Assembly: GCA_964454175.1 (NCBI GenBank)
Contig: CAYVSA010000028.1
Coordinates: 1-12,050 of the forward strand
From: an uncultured Pseudomonadota bacterium
GTDB taxonomy: Bacteria > BMS3Abin14
Length of the DNA stretch: 12,050 bases
Direction of reading: 5' to 3'
Each line of letters opens with the position of its first letter. Within the stretch, counting starts at the first letter, position 1. The translations under genes and the position numbers were made by a program. The notes under the pieces were generated by a model, which ran no database searches, was not told the DNA's origin, and was given only the letters and a program-made list of their open reading frames with translations. This document shows positions 1 to 8,131 of this stretch, piece after piece.

Positions 1-62
1 TTTTTCCAGGCTGATTCTACCAAGTTAAAATACCTTATCCAAGAGGCGATATTGCCCAAGGT

Positions 63-174
63 TGATAGGGTCGCAAAAAGTCCATTATTGGCTTTTTGCT
101 CCTTGGAAAGGAAAACAGTCATTTGTTTGGGCGCCCATACGGGGCGCTTTGATGGACTTTTTACGAGTCCATCA
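63..174. mobile_element. MITE/REP-like short element with 25-bp imperfect terminal inverted repeats
   Basis: Left arm 63-87 (TGATAGGGTCGCAAAAAGTCCATTA) matches the reverse complement of right arm 150-174 (TGATGGACTCGTAAAAAGTCCATCA) at 20/25. There is an internal hairpin GCGCCC-ATACG-GGGCGC (131-147). The element is non-coding and no target-site duplication is evident. Confidence 0.6.
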
Positions 175-268
175 TGATTGGAAACTCATAAATCCTGAAT
201 GCGTATAAAAAACAGATAAACTCGCCAGGCGCACCCGGGGTGATACTGACATTATTTCTTCCTCTATT

Positions 269-1288
269 TTACCTTTGCTTTTCCCTGTTCAGTGAACTTG
301 CAGCCTTCTTGACACTGGGAAGAAGTTTTAGTCCCTTCGATGCCAGCAGGTCCATCATTCTTTCTGCCGTATCGCTGTCATAAGGCCTGAGGATGTAGGC
401 CCTGCGGTAGATTTTTTCAGCATACGGCTCTAGCCTGTCAACAACCTGCCTCTTCTGGCCAGCAGACAGGAGAGGAATGAAAGGCTCGATCAGCCTTGAA
501 GAGCCCTCAATATCGCCGTCACTGAAACGCCTTTCGGATGCCTTCAGGGCTTTTGCCAGTGATACGCTGATATCGTCTTGCTGATGAGAAAAAGATGAAG
601 AGTCCATCTTTAAGCGGAAATGAGTTGCCTTTTTGATGCTGTTTCTATCGGTAGGTGACTGTTTGTGTAAACCCTTTTTTCTGGTCAAGGTCGGTTCAAT
701 GGCCGGTATTTTGGTATTTGCAGATCGGACCGAAGCGATCTCCTGGGAGGAATATTTCTCAAGCTGTGAACCGAGACTCACTGTAACTTCAGGGTTTGCG
801 AGCCCGTGATACTGTGGTTTGGGGGGGTGCGCCATAGCCATCAGAACAGAAAGTGCGGCTGTTCCAATGAGGATTAGAATTATCGTTCTGCCTCTGTTTG
901 CCGTATCACCTGCCGGATAGTTCCTGGTGGAGTCTCCTCTTTCCAGCAGGTAGAGTTTATAACCGAAGAATTTTACCGCCTCGCCCGTCTTGATCTGGTG
1001 GACAAGCCCCCTATCGTTTTCCTTTGCAGAAAATCTTAAAAGCGGCAGCGGATCTGTCACTAATTCGGCAGCTTTTCGAGGGAAATAGGGATCATCAATT
1101 TGAAGGTCAGATTCCGATGAACGCCCAATTAAAACCTTGGGACCGGTTGGTCTGTGAGTAAACTTGACATTTCTTCCCCTCTTAAGAATCACGAAATACC
1201 GTGACCCCTTGCTGTTCTCACCCAGGTCCAGTGGCTGAAAAATTTCGGTAACTTCCTCAAAACCAGACAATTTATTTTTCTGATTCAT
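269..1288 (-). CDS. Membrane-anchored protein with degenerate N-terminal FHA-like domain and helical C-terminus; last gene of the Tad operon
   Basis: VLIGRSSESDLQIDDPYFPRKAAEL resembles the FHA start (G-R...D-l-x-i-x-D). One hydrophobic segment (TIILILIGTAALSVLMAMA) is followed by a low-complexity linker and an amphipathic helical end. ATG at 1288 has AGGA upstream and overlaps the previous stop; the ORF-track start is TTG at 1318. Confidence 0.65.
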   Translation of the reverse strand: MNQKNKLSGFEEVTEIFQPLDLGENSKGSRYFVILKRGRNVKFTHRPTGPKVLIGRSSESDLQIDDPYFPRKAAELVTDPLPLLRFSAKENDRGLVHQIKTGEAVKFFGYKLYLLERGDSTRNYPAGDTANRGRTIILILIGTAALSVLMAMAHPPKPQYHGLANPEVTVSLGSQLEKYSSQEIASVRSANTKIPAIEPTLTRKKGLHKQSPTDRNSIKKATHFRLKMDSSSFSHQQDDISVSLAKALKASERRFSDGDIEGSSRLIEPFIPLLSAGQKRQVVDRLEPYAEKIYRRAYILRPYDSDTAERMMDLLASKGLKLLPSVKKAASSLNREKQR

Positions 1289-2288
1289 CAAAGATCCTGT
1301 GTCCCTGGCGCCATTCAACCGGGATGAGTTTCCTGATCCGGGATAAATGTTTTTTAGCTTCTGGCCAGTTGTCTGATGATCGAAACGATCTGACTATTAA
1401 TAACTCCCTGTCCAGAAACTGTCTGATTCTCTCCTCGGCTTTTTTCCTTTCGTCAAACAGTTTAATTGCCAGCCTGGTGTCCTTCTCTGCTTTTAACCTG
1501 GATGAAAGGCGCTGGAGAACGATCCAGAAATATGGGCTATCTGTTTTCATGTCAGCAAGCCTGAAAAAATCACCTTCATTAATCTGTGAACGTTTACCAC
1601 CGGAATTTGACTCAAGGGCACCGGGGATAAACTTCACATCCCTGACTCCCCAGTGCATTAAAGTATTTGAAGTTTGGATCGTCCTGAACTCAATAATTCG
1701 CGGATCTTGTGTCCTGGATTCCGGGATCTCAATTGCCAATTCCTGTCCCCAACCCTCAGGTATTGGAATTCTGTTTGCGTAAGGTATACCGTCAAGAAGT
1801 AAGAGTAGAGATCCTCCGGCTATTTCACCACCAGGGGTAAAAAGGATTTTTCCGCTATTTTCATGGGAAGCTGGAATAACAACTCTGAGTCCGTAGGGGT
1901 GGCTTTTATCCTGCCTGCAGAATCCGAAAGTTTCATCAGCAGGAAGGCTGACTGGAGTCCAGTCCTGCTTTGGAACTTTATCGTGGAATGCAGAAAACCA
2001 GGTTATACAAAATAAAACCAGCGACACCATTATGAGCGGTATAGTCCTTATGTGGAGTATCTTGATCAGAATATCATGGGATGAATAACTGTGATCGTTT
2101 ATCCTGTTCCCTGATGTCTGGTCTTTGATGATACAGCCATTTTTGACATCAAGACTCCCGTGCTTATTTCCCGGGAAATTCACGATCACATCATCGTCTT
2201 TGGTACAGCCTATTGAAAACGTGCTCTTTCCAACGAAGTGAAATCGTCTTGACCTAAAATTTCTGATACTCACAAGGCATACACCCAT
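1272..2288 (-). CDS. Single-pass membrane protein with highly degenerate FHA-like N-terminus, beta-rich middle domain and TPR-like helical C-terminus
   Basis: 338-aa ORF coupled to the DUF192 gene by a TAATG overlap at 2288. FSIGCTKDDDVIV occupies the FHA 'IGR...D+.+' position. TM segment IPLIMVSLVLFCITWFSAF; helical end WPEAKKHLSRIRKLIP. Confidence 0.6.
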   Translation of the reverse strand: MGVCLVSIRNFRSRRFHFVGKSTFSIGCTKDDDVIVNFPGNKHGSLDVKNGCIIKDQTSGNRINDHSYSSHDILIKILHIRTIPLIMVSLVLFCITWFSAFHDKVPKQDWTPVSLPADETFGFCRQDKSHPYGLRVVIPASHENSGKILFTPGGEIAGGSLLLLLDGIPYANRIPIPEGWGQELAIEIPESRTQDPRIIEFRTIQTSNTLMHWGVRDVKFIPGALESNSGGKRSQINEGDFFRLADMKTDSPYFWIVLQRLSSRLKAEKDTRLAIKLFDERKKAEERIRQFLDRELLIVRSFRSSDNWPEAKKHLSRIRKLIPVEWRQGHRIFDESEK

Positions 2289-2647
2289 TATTTGATCCTC
2301 GCGGAAAGTGAAAAACGGTCTCCAGGCTCCGCATCAAACACAGTGTGTGATGGTTTGTGAGGGACTTCCAGAATGTGTCTGCAACCGCTGGGTGATGAAG
2401 GGATTCGGTTAGGCTTTACACATCGCTCTATCGTTAATAGATGAAGGCCGCTGTCAAAAAAATAAAGATCTAATAAAAAGGACATCCCGAATGTGTGTAT
2501 CCTTGGGGTGTTAATGAGCAGTATGCCATTACAATTTACTACCTGATTTTGCAGCAGATATCCTGTCAAGCGGCCCCAGAAAGAGGTCCTGACTGATATG
2601 TTCTCGAGAATTGTTTGTCCTGTTGTAAAATTAATTAACTTCACCAC
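2288..2647 (-). CDS. DUF192 family protein
   Basis: Characteristic motifs SFWGRLTGYL, GILL...IHTFGMSFLLDLYFFD, VKPNR and HILEVP. Start is GTG at 2647, or GTG at 2644 (GTGA overlap with the tadC stop). Confidence 0.85.
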   Translation of the reverse strand: MVKLINFTTGQTILENISVRTSFWGRLTGYLLQNQVVNCNGILLINTPRIHTFGMSFLLDLYFFDSGLHLLTIERCVKPNRIPSSPSGCRHILEVPHKPSHTVFDAEPGDRFSLSARIK

Positions 2648-3381
2648 GGTGACTGCTCGAATAAAAAAACAATGATAGGGCTTAAAATAACCAGAAACGC
2701 AGCCGGAAAAATGAACAATAAAAGGGGGATAAGTAATTTAATTGAAAGAGTGTTTGCGTATTTTTCACCTTCCATTATTAAAAACTCTCTATTCCTTTCA
2801 GACTGTTCCCGCAAAATTTTCGCTATTGGGGTACCAAGTTTAATGCTCTGGGCAATAGCATCAACAAACAGACTGAACTGTGAACCACTATGATCGGACC
2901 TCATTTTCTCAATGGCCGCTTTTTTTGAAAGCCCAAGTTCCAAGTCGGTTTGCAGGGTAACAATCGCTTCTCTGATGTAGCTATTTTCAGATAAAGTCTT
3001 TTGTGCACCGAAAAAAGCAGGCAGAAGCGACTGTCCTGCCTCGACACTCAAAACCATGGAATCGAGAAGAATTGGAAGGTCCTTTCTCATATGGATTTTT
3101 TTTGTCTGACGTCTGTGCCATTTATACGCCAGACGAAGCATCGGTAACGAAATCAGACAAAGCGCCAGACCTGTGAGGACTTTGTTGATCGATGGAGAAA
3201 TAGCCAGATAAGCCATCCAGAATGCAGTGAGTGAAAAAATGGTACTTAGTAACACTGTGAACTTTCTTTTTCCCCTGCGTGATGAACAACGTTTAAAGTA
3301 AAGATCCTGAAACAGGACAAACAAACCTGATGATGCAAGAAAAATAATTATTGCTGCAAATTGATCGGATAGCCTGCTCAC
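2641..3381 (-). CDS. tadC: TadC inner-membrane platform protein (T2SSF family)
   Basis: DLPILLDSMVLSVEAGQSL, GTPIAKILREQSER and KLLIPLLLFIFPAAFLVILSP are typical of TadC. GTGA overlap with tadB. Confidence 0.9.
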   Translation of the reverse strand: MSRLSDQFAAIIIFLASSGLFVLFQDLYFKRCSSRRGKRKFTVLLSTIFSLTAFWMAYLAISPSINKVLTGLALCLISLPMLRLAYKWHRRQTKKIHMRKDLPILLDSMVLSVEAGQSLLPAFFGAQKTLSENSYIREAIVTLQTDLELGLSKKAAIEKMRSDHSGSQFSLFVDAIAQSIKLGTPIAKILREQSERNREFLIMEGEKYANTLSIKLLIPLLLFIFPAAFLVILSPIIVFLFEQSPW

Positions 3382-4040
3382 AAGAAATCCTTTTTTACAA
3401 TTTGTCGGATAATTAATGCACCCGCCAGCTGCAAAGTGAACGAGAATGACAGCACTGCTCTGCCAACACTATTTTGAAAAACTGGTACAAGAGTTTCGGG
3501 ACTGACAACAAAAAGCCCCAGCATAAACAATGCCGGCACGAGGGAAATAACAAGTCCCTGCAATCTCCCCTGAGCGCTCATCGTATCCAATTTTCGTTTC
3601 AAAGATTCACGGTCCCTGGAAACTTTTGCGAGTAGCTTTAGTGCACCAATGAGATTTGTTCCGGACCTGTGAGCAGAAGCCATGCTGAAAAATACCATCT
3701 TCAACGATCGTTGATGGCAAATTGATGCTGCCCATTCCAGGGATTCATCGATAGTGTGCCCGGACGTTACACGGTTCAGGATCAGACTAAAAACAGGCTT
3801 CAGGGCACAACTCTCAGATTTGCAAGCTTCCTCAATTGATTGCTGCAGGCTGTAACCGGCGCTCATGCCGCTTGCAACTGCCCCAAGGGCTTCAGCAAGC
3901 CCTGCCTCCATCTTTTGGGCGGCTTTTTTTGACAAAATGCCGCCCCGCTGATTTTTCAGGTGTTTGACCATTACTATGATCAGCAGAATTGAGACAGCAC
4001 CGCCTGCCAACGCAGCGCCAATAACCTCAAGAATTATCAA
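3378..4040 (-). CDS. tadB: TadB inner-membrane platform protein (T2SSF family)
   Basis: LAEALGAVASGMSAGYSLQQSI, SGTNL..AL, RKLDTMSAQGRLQGLVISLVP and a C-terminal TM followed by IRQIVK. TTG start with AAAGGA RBS; directly follows tadA. Confidence 0.9.
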   Translation of the reverse strand: MIILEVIGAALAGGAVSILLIIVMVKHLKNQRGGILSKKAAQKMEAGLAEALGAVASGMSAGYSLQQSIEEACKSESCALKPVFSLILNRVTSGHTIDESLEWAASICHQRSLKMVFFSMASAHRSGTNLIGALKLLAKVSRDRESLKRKLDTMSAQGRLQGLVISLVPALFMLGLFVVSPETLVPVFQNSVGRAVLSFSFTLQLAGALIIRQIVKKDFL

Positions 4041-5619
4041 TCAATATCCTTTCCGCCATATCATTTTCCATCGAGTCATACTCGAATAATGATCTGAGGC
4101 CGGTTCCAAGCAGCCTTGCTTTTTTTTCATCCGTGGAAAATTTGAAAATATCCTGTGTGAGTATCTGCCCGCTTTCCACGCGGTCAACTTCCATTATGTT
4201 TCTGACTACTCTCTTGCCTTCTGCGGATCTTGATATATGGACGACCATATGTATGGCGGAAGCCACCTGTTCTCTGACAATTGCGTGGGGGATATCGAGC
4301 CCCGCCATCATGGCCATTGTTTCAATACGCTTCAGAGCGTCTCTGGGAGAATTTGCGTGACACGTGGTCATGGAGCCAGCATGACCGGTGTTCATTGCCT
4401 GGAGCATGTCCAGCGCCTCTTCTCCGCGGCACTCTCCTACAATTATCCTGTCCGGTCTCATCCGCAGGGAGTTCCGGACAAGATCTCTGGTTGTGATCTC
4501 TCCGCTGCCCTCAATATTGGGAGGCCTTGTTTCAAGGCTTACGATATGGTCCTGGTGAAGATTGAGTTCTGCCGCATCTTCAATGGTAATAATTCGTTCG
4601 CTGGATGGTATGAAGCCAGCGACGATATTCATAAATGTAGTTTTCCCAGAACCAGTTCCTCCTGAGATAAGAATGTTTCTTTTTGCTAACACAGCCCGCT
4701 TTAAAAAATCAGAAGCTCTACGGGTGATCGATCCTGATTCAACGAGATCATTCATGGTCAATTTGTTCCGATTAAATTTTCTGATAGTGATAATTGGACC
4801 AGCCAGAGAAACTGGGGGCACCGCAATATTCACACGAGATCCATCGGGAAGCCTGCCGTCGGCATATGGAACACTTTCATCGACCCTGCGTCCTATAGGT
4901 GCGAGGATGCGTTCGATGATGCGATAGAGTTCCTGGTCTTCAGTGAACACTGGATCCTGTAGGCATATTTTACCGTCGATCTCCAGGTAGATCTGCTCAC
5001 AACCGTTGACCATTATTTCACTTACCTGGGGATCGAAGAGCCACTTTTCCAGGGGGCCAAGGCCCATTGACTGTGTGACGGCTTTTTCAAGAAGTTCAGC
5101 AGCATGGTTAAGGTTCATCTGGGGGGGCATAAGCTCAAGGATCTTTTTGTAGAGTAGTTTTTCAGCTCGTGAGGTGACAAGCGCATTGCTCGTATCTTTT
5201 CCCTTTTCATCGGGGACATACATGTCCGGTAAAGAATTTACAGCCTCACGGACAATGGAGTCAGCGACTTCACTGGACATCCAAGCTCCAACACAATTGC
5301 CTGTATTATGATAGGTTTGTGGGGTTGAGCAGATAGTGAATTTAAATGGTCCGATCCCGATAACCTGATCAGGGTAGAGTCGTACTCTGGTGCTAAGCCT
5401 GACTCCATCCACATATGTTCCATTTGCGCTTCTGTGATCTTCGATGACAAGATGTGATTTTTCGTCGATAACAGAGATTACCGCATGTTTTCTTGAAACG
5501 GACGAATGGTCAAGGGATATGCACGAATTACTCTCTCTCCCGATGTCCAGGACATTATTACGGGATTTTATGCGCTTGCTCTCATTTTTAGGTGCTGAAA
5601 AAGACAGAATAAATTCCAC
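4027..5619 (-). CDS. tadA: TadA/CpaF pilus assembly ATPase with N-terminal FHA domain
   Basis: ATPase motifs: [17 protein letters not shown], Walker A GGTGSGKT, Asp box [23 protein letters not shown] (Walker B) and His box [21 protein letters not shown]...VSRKHA...[17 protein letters not shown] start with AAGGAG RBS. Confidence 0.95.
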   Translation of the reverse strand: MEFILSFSAPKNESKRIKSRNNVLDIGRESNSCISLDHSSVSRKHAVISVIDEKSHLVIEDHRSANGTYVDGVRLSTRVRLYPDQVIGIGPFKFTICSTPQTYHNTGNCVGAWMSSEVADSIVREAVNSLPDMYVPDEKGKDTSNALVTSRAEKLLYKKILELMPPQMNLNHAAELLEKAVTQSMGLGPLEKWLFDPQVSEIMVNGCEQIYLEIDGKICLQDPVFTEDQELYRIIERILAPIGRRVDESVPYADGRLPDGSRVNIAVPPVSLAGPIITIRKFNRNKLTMNDLVESGSITRRASDFLKRAVLAKRNILISGGTGSGKTTFMNIVAGFIPSSERIITIEDAAELNLHQDHIVSLETRPPNIEGSGEITTRDLVRNSLRMRPDRIIVGECRGEEALDMLQAMNTGHAGSMTTCHANSPRDALKRIETMAMMAGLDIPHAIVREQVASAIHMVVHISRSAEGKRVVRNIMEVDRVESGQILTQDIFKFSTDEKKARLLGTGLRSLFEYDSMENDMAERILIDNS

Positions 5620-5633
5620 TGAAGCTCCTTTTT

Positions 5634-5655
5634 GGGGGCGGTTTAATCCGCCCCC
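5634..5655. other. Intergenic GC-rich stem-loop between comEA and tadA
   Basis: GGGGGCGG-TTTAAT-CCGCCCCC is a perfect 8-bp stem. On the mRNA strand it is followed by AAAAAGGAG (the tadA RBS), not by a U tract. Confidence 0.7.
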
Positions 5656-5661
5656 TCCAAA

Positions 5662-5976
5662 TTATTTGCCCTGAACAGTTATCATTTCCCTTATGCGATC
5701 GAGCAGCCTGGAGCCGAACCCTTTTACCGCCACAAGATCCTCCGTGCTTGTAAATGGCCCGTTTTCTTCCCGATAGGAAACTATCGCTCTGGCTTTAGCG
5801 CTTCCTATACCTGGCAGCGATGTAAGTTTTTCAACATCAGCTTTGTTGAGATTGATTAACTGCCGGACTTGCTGTCCATCAGCCATTAATGGTTGGGCGC
5901 TCCATGCGATCACCGCAATGCAGATAAGCAGAATAACCATTCCCGTACCGTTTCTGTTGATCAGGTTCCTTGTCAT
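5662..5976 (-). CDS. comEA: ComEA family helix-hairpin-helix DNA-binding protein with N-terminal signal/anchor
   Basis: INLNKADVEKLTSLPGIGSAKARAIVSYREENGPFTSTEDLVAVKGFGSRLLDRIREMITV is a canonical ComEA double HhH. Hydrophobic N-terminus MVILLICIAVIAWSA. AAGGAG RBS lies in the 12-nt gap after the secretin stop. Confidence 0.93.
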   Translation of the reverse strand: MTRNLINRNGTGMVILLICIAVIAWSAQPLMADGQQVRQLINLNKADVEKLTSLPGIGSAKARAIVSYREENGPFTSTEDLVAVKGFGSRLLDRIREMITVQGK

Positions 5977-5988
5977 TGTTTTCTCCTT

Positions 5989-7230
5989 TCAAAGTGTGCC
6001 GGTTCCGCCTGCCGTTTTATCCTGTTTCGCATCCCATTTATCGGGTTGTTCGGATAAGGGGTCGGACGGATCGGCAATTTGGGGGGTTAGGAAGACGAGA
6101 AGCTCCGTCTCACGCTTCCTGAAACTGTGTGATCTAAAAAGCTCTCCGACGATCGGTATGTCTCCCAGCAGTGGTATTTTGCTAATGTTATGGGCATCTT
6201 CGCTGCTGATGAGCCCTGACAATACAGCTGTCTGGCCAGGAGCAAGGCTTAAAAAAGTTGCAACTCTTCTCGATAATATTCCCGGTATTCCATCGATAGA
6301 GTTGGCGTGGTCAATAGTGCTAATCTCTGAGGCGATCCTGGCGTGGATAAGACCGTCATCACCCAACTGCGGTTCGATTTCCAGGATAATTCCGTACCGC
6401 TTCCAGGAAACAGAGAGTTGGCCGTCTTTGTCCTTTTTTGGAATTGCGATCTCACCACCAGCCAGAAACGCTGCTTTCTCCCCGGACCTGCATACGAGTC
6501 GAGGCCGGGAAATAATGCGAGCCTTTCCGTCTTGGGCTGCCATTGAAATAGTCATTTCAAGGGACTTTTCGGGTGATAGCCGTCCCAGCCGGAACCCGCC
6601 TGGGTCACTTAAGGAAACCGAAGCCGGCCATGAGATACCGAAATCTTTGAACGCCTGTTTGTTGACTTCAGTGAAGGCGATCTCGAAAATTACCATCCTG
6701 GGGTTAGTAACCGAGTCTTCTGTGCCATCAATAAATGTTAGCCCCATGGCTTGGCTTATTTTCTGGGTGCGTTTTACGTCATCTTTTGAACTGGGCTTAC
6801 CGGAAAGGAAGAGACTTGTCCCCACAACTCGCATTGATAGATTATCAACCCCTATAGATTTCATCTGACGATTTATAAATACGGCTGAGGTTTCGAGAGC
6901 TTCCCTGTGGAGACTGCATAGATTTATGACATTGGAGAATTTCTCTGCTACCAGACGAACACGTCGTAAGTCCTGGGCCGTCAGTAGTTCACCTTTCAGG
7001 ACAGCTCCTCCAGGGAAAATTTTGATCTGGAGATTTTCAATCTCACTGATGGAATTCAGAATACCAGCCAGGCTCTGGTCCTCAATCAGGTTAAGGGGAA
7101 ATATTTGAGGTGACCTGGTCCTGAATGGCGTGTCAATTTGTGCACTCATGTTTATATCGCTTGCAGAGGACAAATGAGAGGATATGAGAACAAAACCAAT
7201 AGTAATTAGGCGACAAACTACAATCTTCAT
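5989..7230 (-). CDS. rcpA: RcpA/CpaC-type outer-membrane secretin
   Basis: Signal peptide (..SHLSSA-S) and two BON-like segments. Secretin motifs ARIISRPRLVCRSGEKAAFLAGGEIAIP, WKRYGIILEIEP and KIPLLGDIPIVGELFRS...ETELLVFLTP. Confidence 0.93.
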   Translation of the reverse strand: MKIVVCRLITIGFVLISSHLSSASDINMSAQIDTPFRTRSPQIFPLNLIEDQSLAGILNSISEIENLQIKIFPGGAVLKGELLTAQDLRRVRLVAEKFSNVINLCSLHREALETSAVFINRQMKSIGVDNLSMRVVGTSLFLSGKPSSKDDVKRTQKISQAMGLTFIDGTEDSVTNPRMVIFEIAFTEVNKQAFKDFGISWPASVSLSDPGGFRLGRLSPEKSLEMTISMAAQDGKARIISRPRLVCRSGEKAAFLAGGEIAIPKKDKDGQLSVSWKRYGIILEIEPQLGDDGLIHARIASEISTIDHANSIDGIPGILSRRVATFLSLAPGQTAVLSGLISSEDAHNISKIPLLGDIPIVGELFRSHSFRKRETELLVFLTPQIADPSDPLSEQPDKWDAKQDKTAGGTGTL

Positions 7231-7235
7231 GATCT

Positions 7236-7961
7236 TTATCTCTTCCTCTTATCCTTGGTGTGAAGTCCTGACGATTTGGAAATTGAGGCGGGGATGTCTC
7301 CGCGGTACCTTCCGAACAGTATTATTTCCCCGCCCTGTGAAGCCCGGGTTATTTCCAGAGCGAGTTCAGGAGACACGAGAAGTGTAATTGATGATGGAAC
7401 GTCGTTTATGTCACCTGCTATCTCTGCTGCATTCACCCTGGATCCGATTGCAAGAACATAGATACTCTCCCCGATCAGACTGCATTCAATCGAACCGGTA
7501 GCATCGTTAATTCTCGACCATGCGATATCAACCCGGTCTCCAGGGCTCAATAAATGGATCAGTGTCCGGGTCTCATCAGCGGGAAGTGCCAAAGCCCTGT
7601 ATCCCGGGGTGATCTTCTCGGTGGGATAATTAACACGTGGCCCTTCTGGAAGATCAGTCCACAGGATCGGGTCACCAGCGGGAACAGGGTGGGTTAATAC
7701 CCTGTCTATTATAAGTTCGAGGTCTTCGGACCGGATCGCCCTGCTGGGCAGATAGGCGATCGGAATTCGTGAAACGCGAAGATTATTCTCAGACAGTCTT
7801 TCTCCAATTTTCAGCGATTCGGAAGCAGTGAGCATCTCCATGGGCTGTTCAAGACGGGCGATATCGTGCCTGATGGATTGGAGCCTTAGTAAATAACCAG
7901 TTGCAGTCCCCAGTCCGACCAAACAGCATATGATAATTGTAGTGACTTTTTGTGTATTCAA
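7236..7961 (-). CDS. cpaB: Flp pilus assembly protein CpaB/RcpC (SAF + RcpC domains)
   Basis: N-terminal TM, SAF-like segment (LTASESLKIGERLSENNL...PVPAGDPILWTDL), ITPGYRALAL, LSPGDRVDI and SITLLVSPE.A. TTG start with AAGGA RBS. Confidence 0.9.
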   Translation of the reverse strand: MNTQKVTTIIICCLVGLGTATGYLLRLQSIRHDIARLEQPMEMLTASESLKIGERLSENNLRVSRIPIAYLPSRAIRSEDLELIIDRVLTHPVPAGDPILWTDLPEGPRVNYPTEKITPGYRALALPADETRTLIHLLSPGDRVDIAWSRINDATGSIECSLIGESIYVLAIGSRVNAAEIAGDINDVPSSITLLVSPELALEITRASQGGEIILFGRYRGDIPASISKSSGLHTKDKRKR

Positions 7962-7972
7962 CTTGAATCCTT

Positions 7973-8131
7973 TTACGGCAAAGGAAGACTGACGATCTTC
8001 ATAGCGACAGACGTAAGTTTTTCCAGAAGCTGTACCAGAGATCTAACAGTCACCAGCAAACCGACTGCCAGAATTGCGGAAGTAACGATTGTTTCTAAAA
8101 GCGATTGTCCCGATTCATTTTTTAGATTCAT
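7973..8131 (-). CDS. Small (52 aa) Flp/TadE-like minor prepilin
   Basis: MNLKNESG|QSLLETIVTSAILAVGLLVTV is a class III signal with Gly at -1, Glu at +5 and a hydrophobic helix. ATG at 8131 overlaps the preceding gene by 17 nt; the upstream part of the ORF-track call is probably spurious. Confidence 0.75.
   Translation of the reverse strand: MNLKNESGQSLLETIVTSAILAVGLLVTVRSLVQLLEKLTSVAMKIVSLPLP

Noticed and set aside
207-245. Intrinsic terminator after the last tad gene
   Set aside because: A minus-strand T run exists, but the preceding stem is short, imperfect and separated from it.
5843-6868. 341-aa plus-strand ORF
   Set aside because: Antisense shadow of the secretin and comEA genes, with no recognisable motif.
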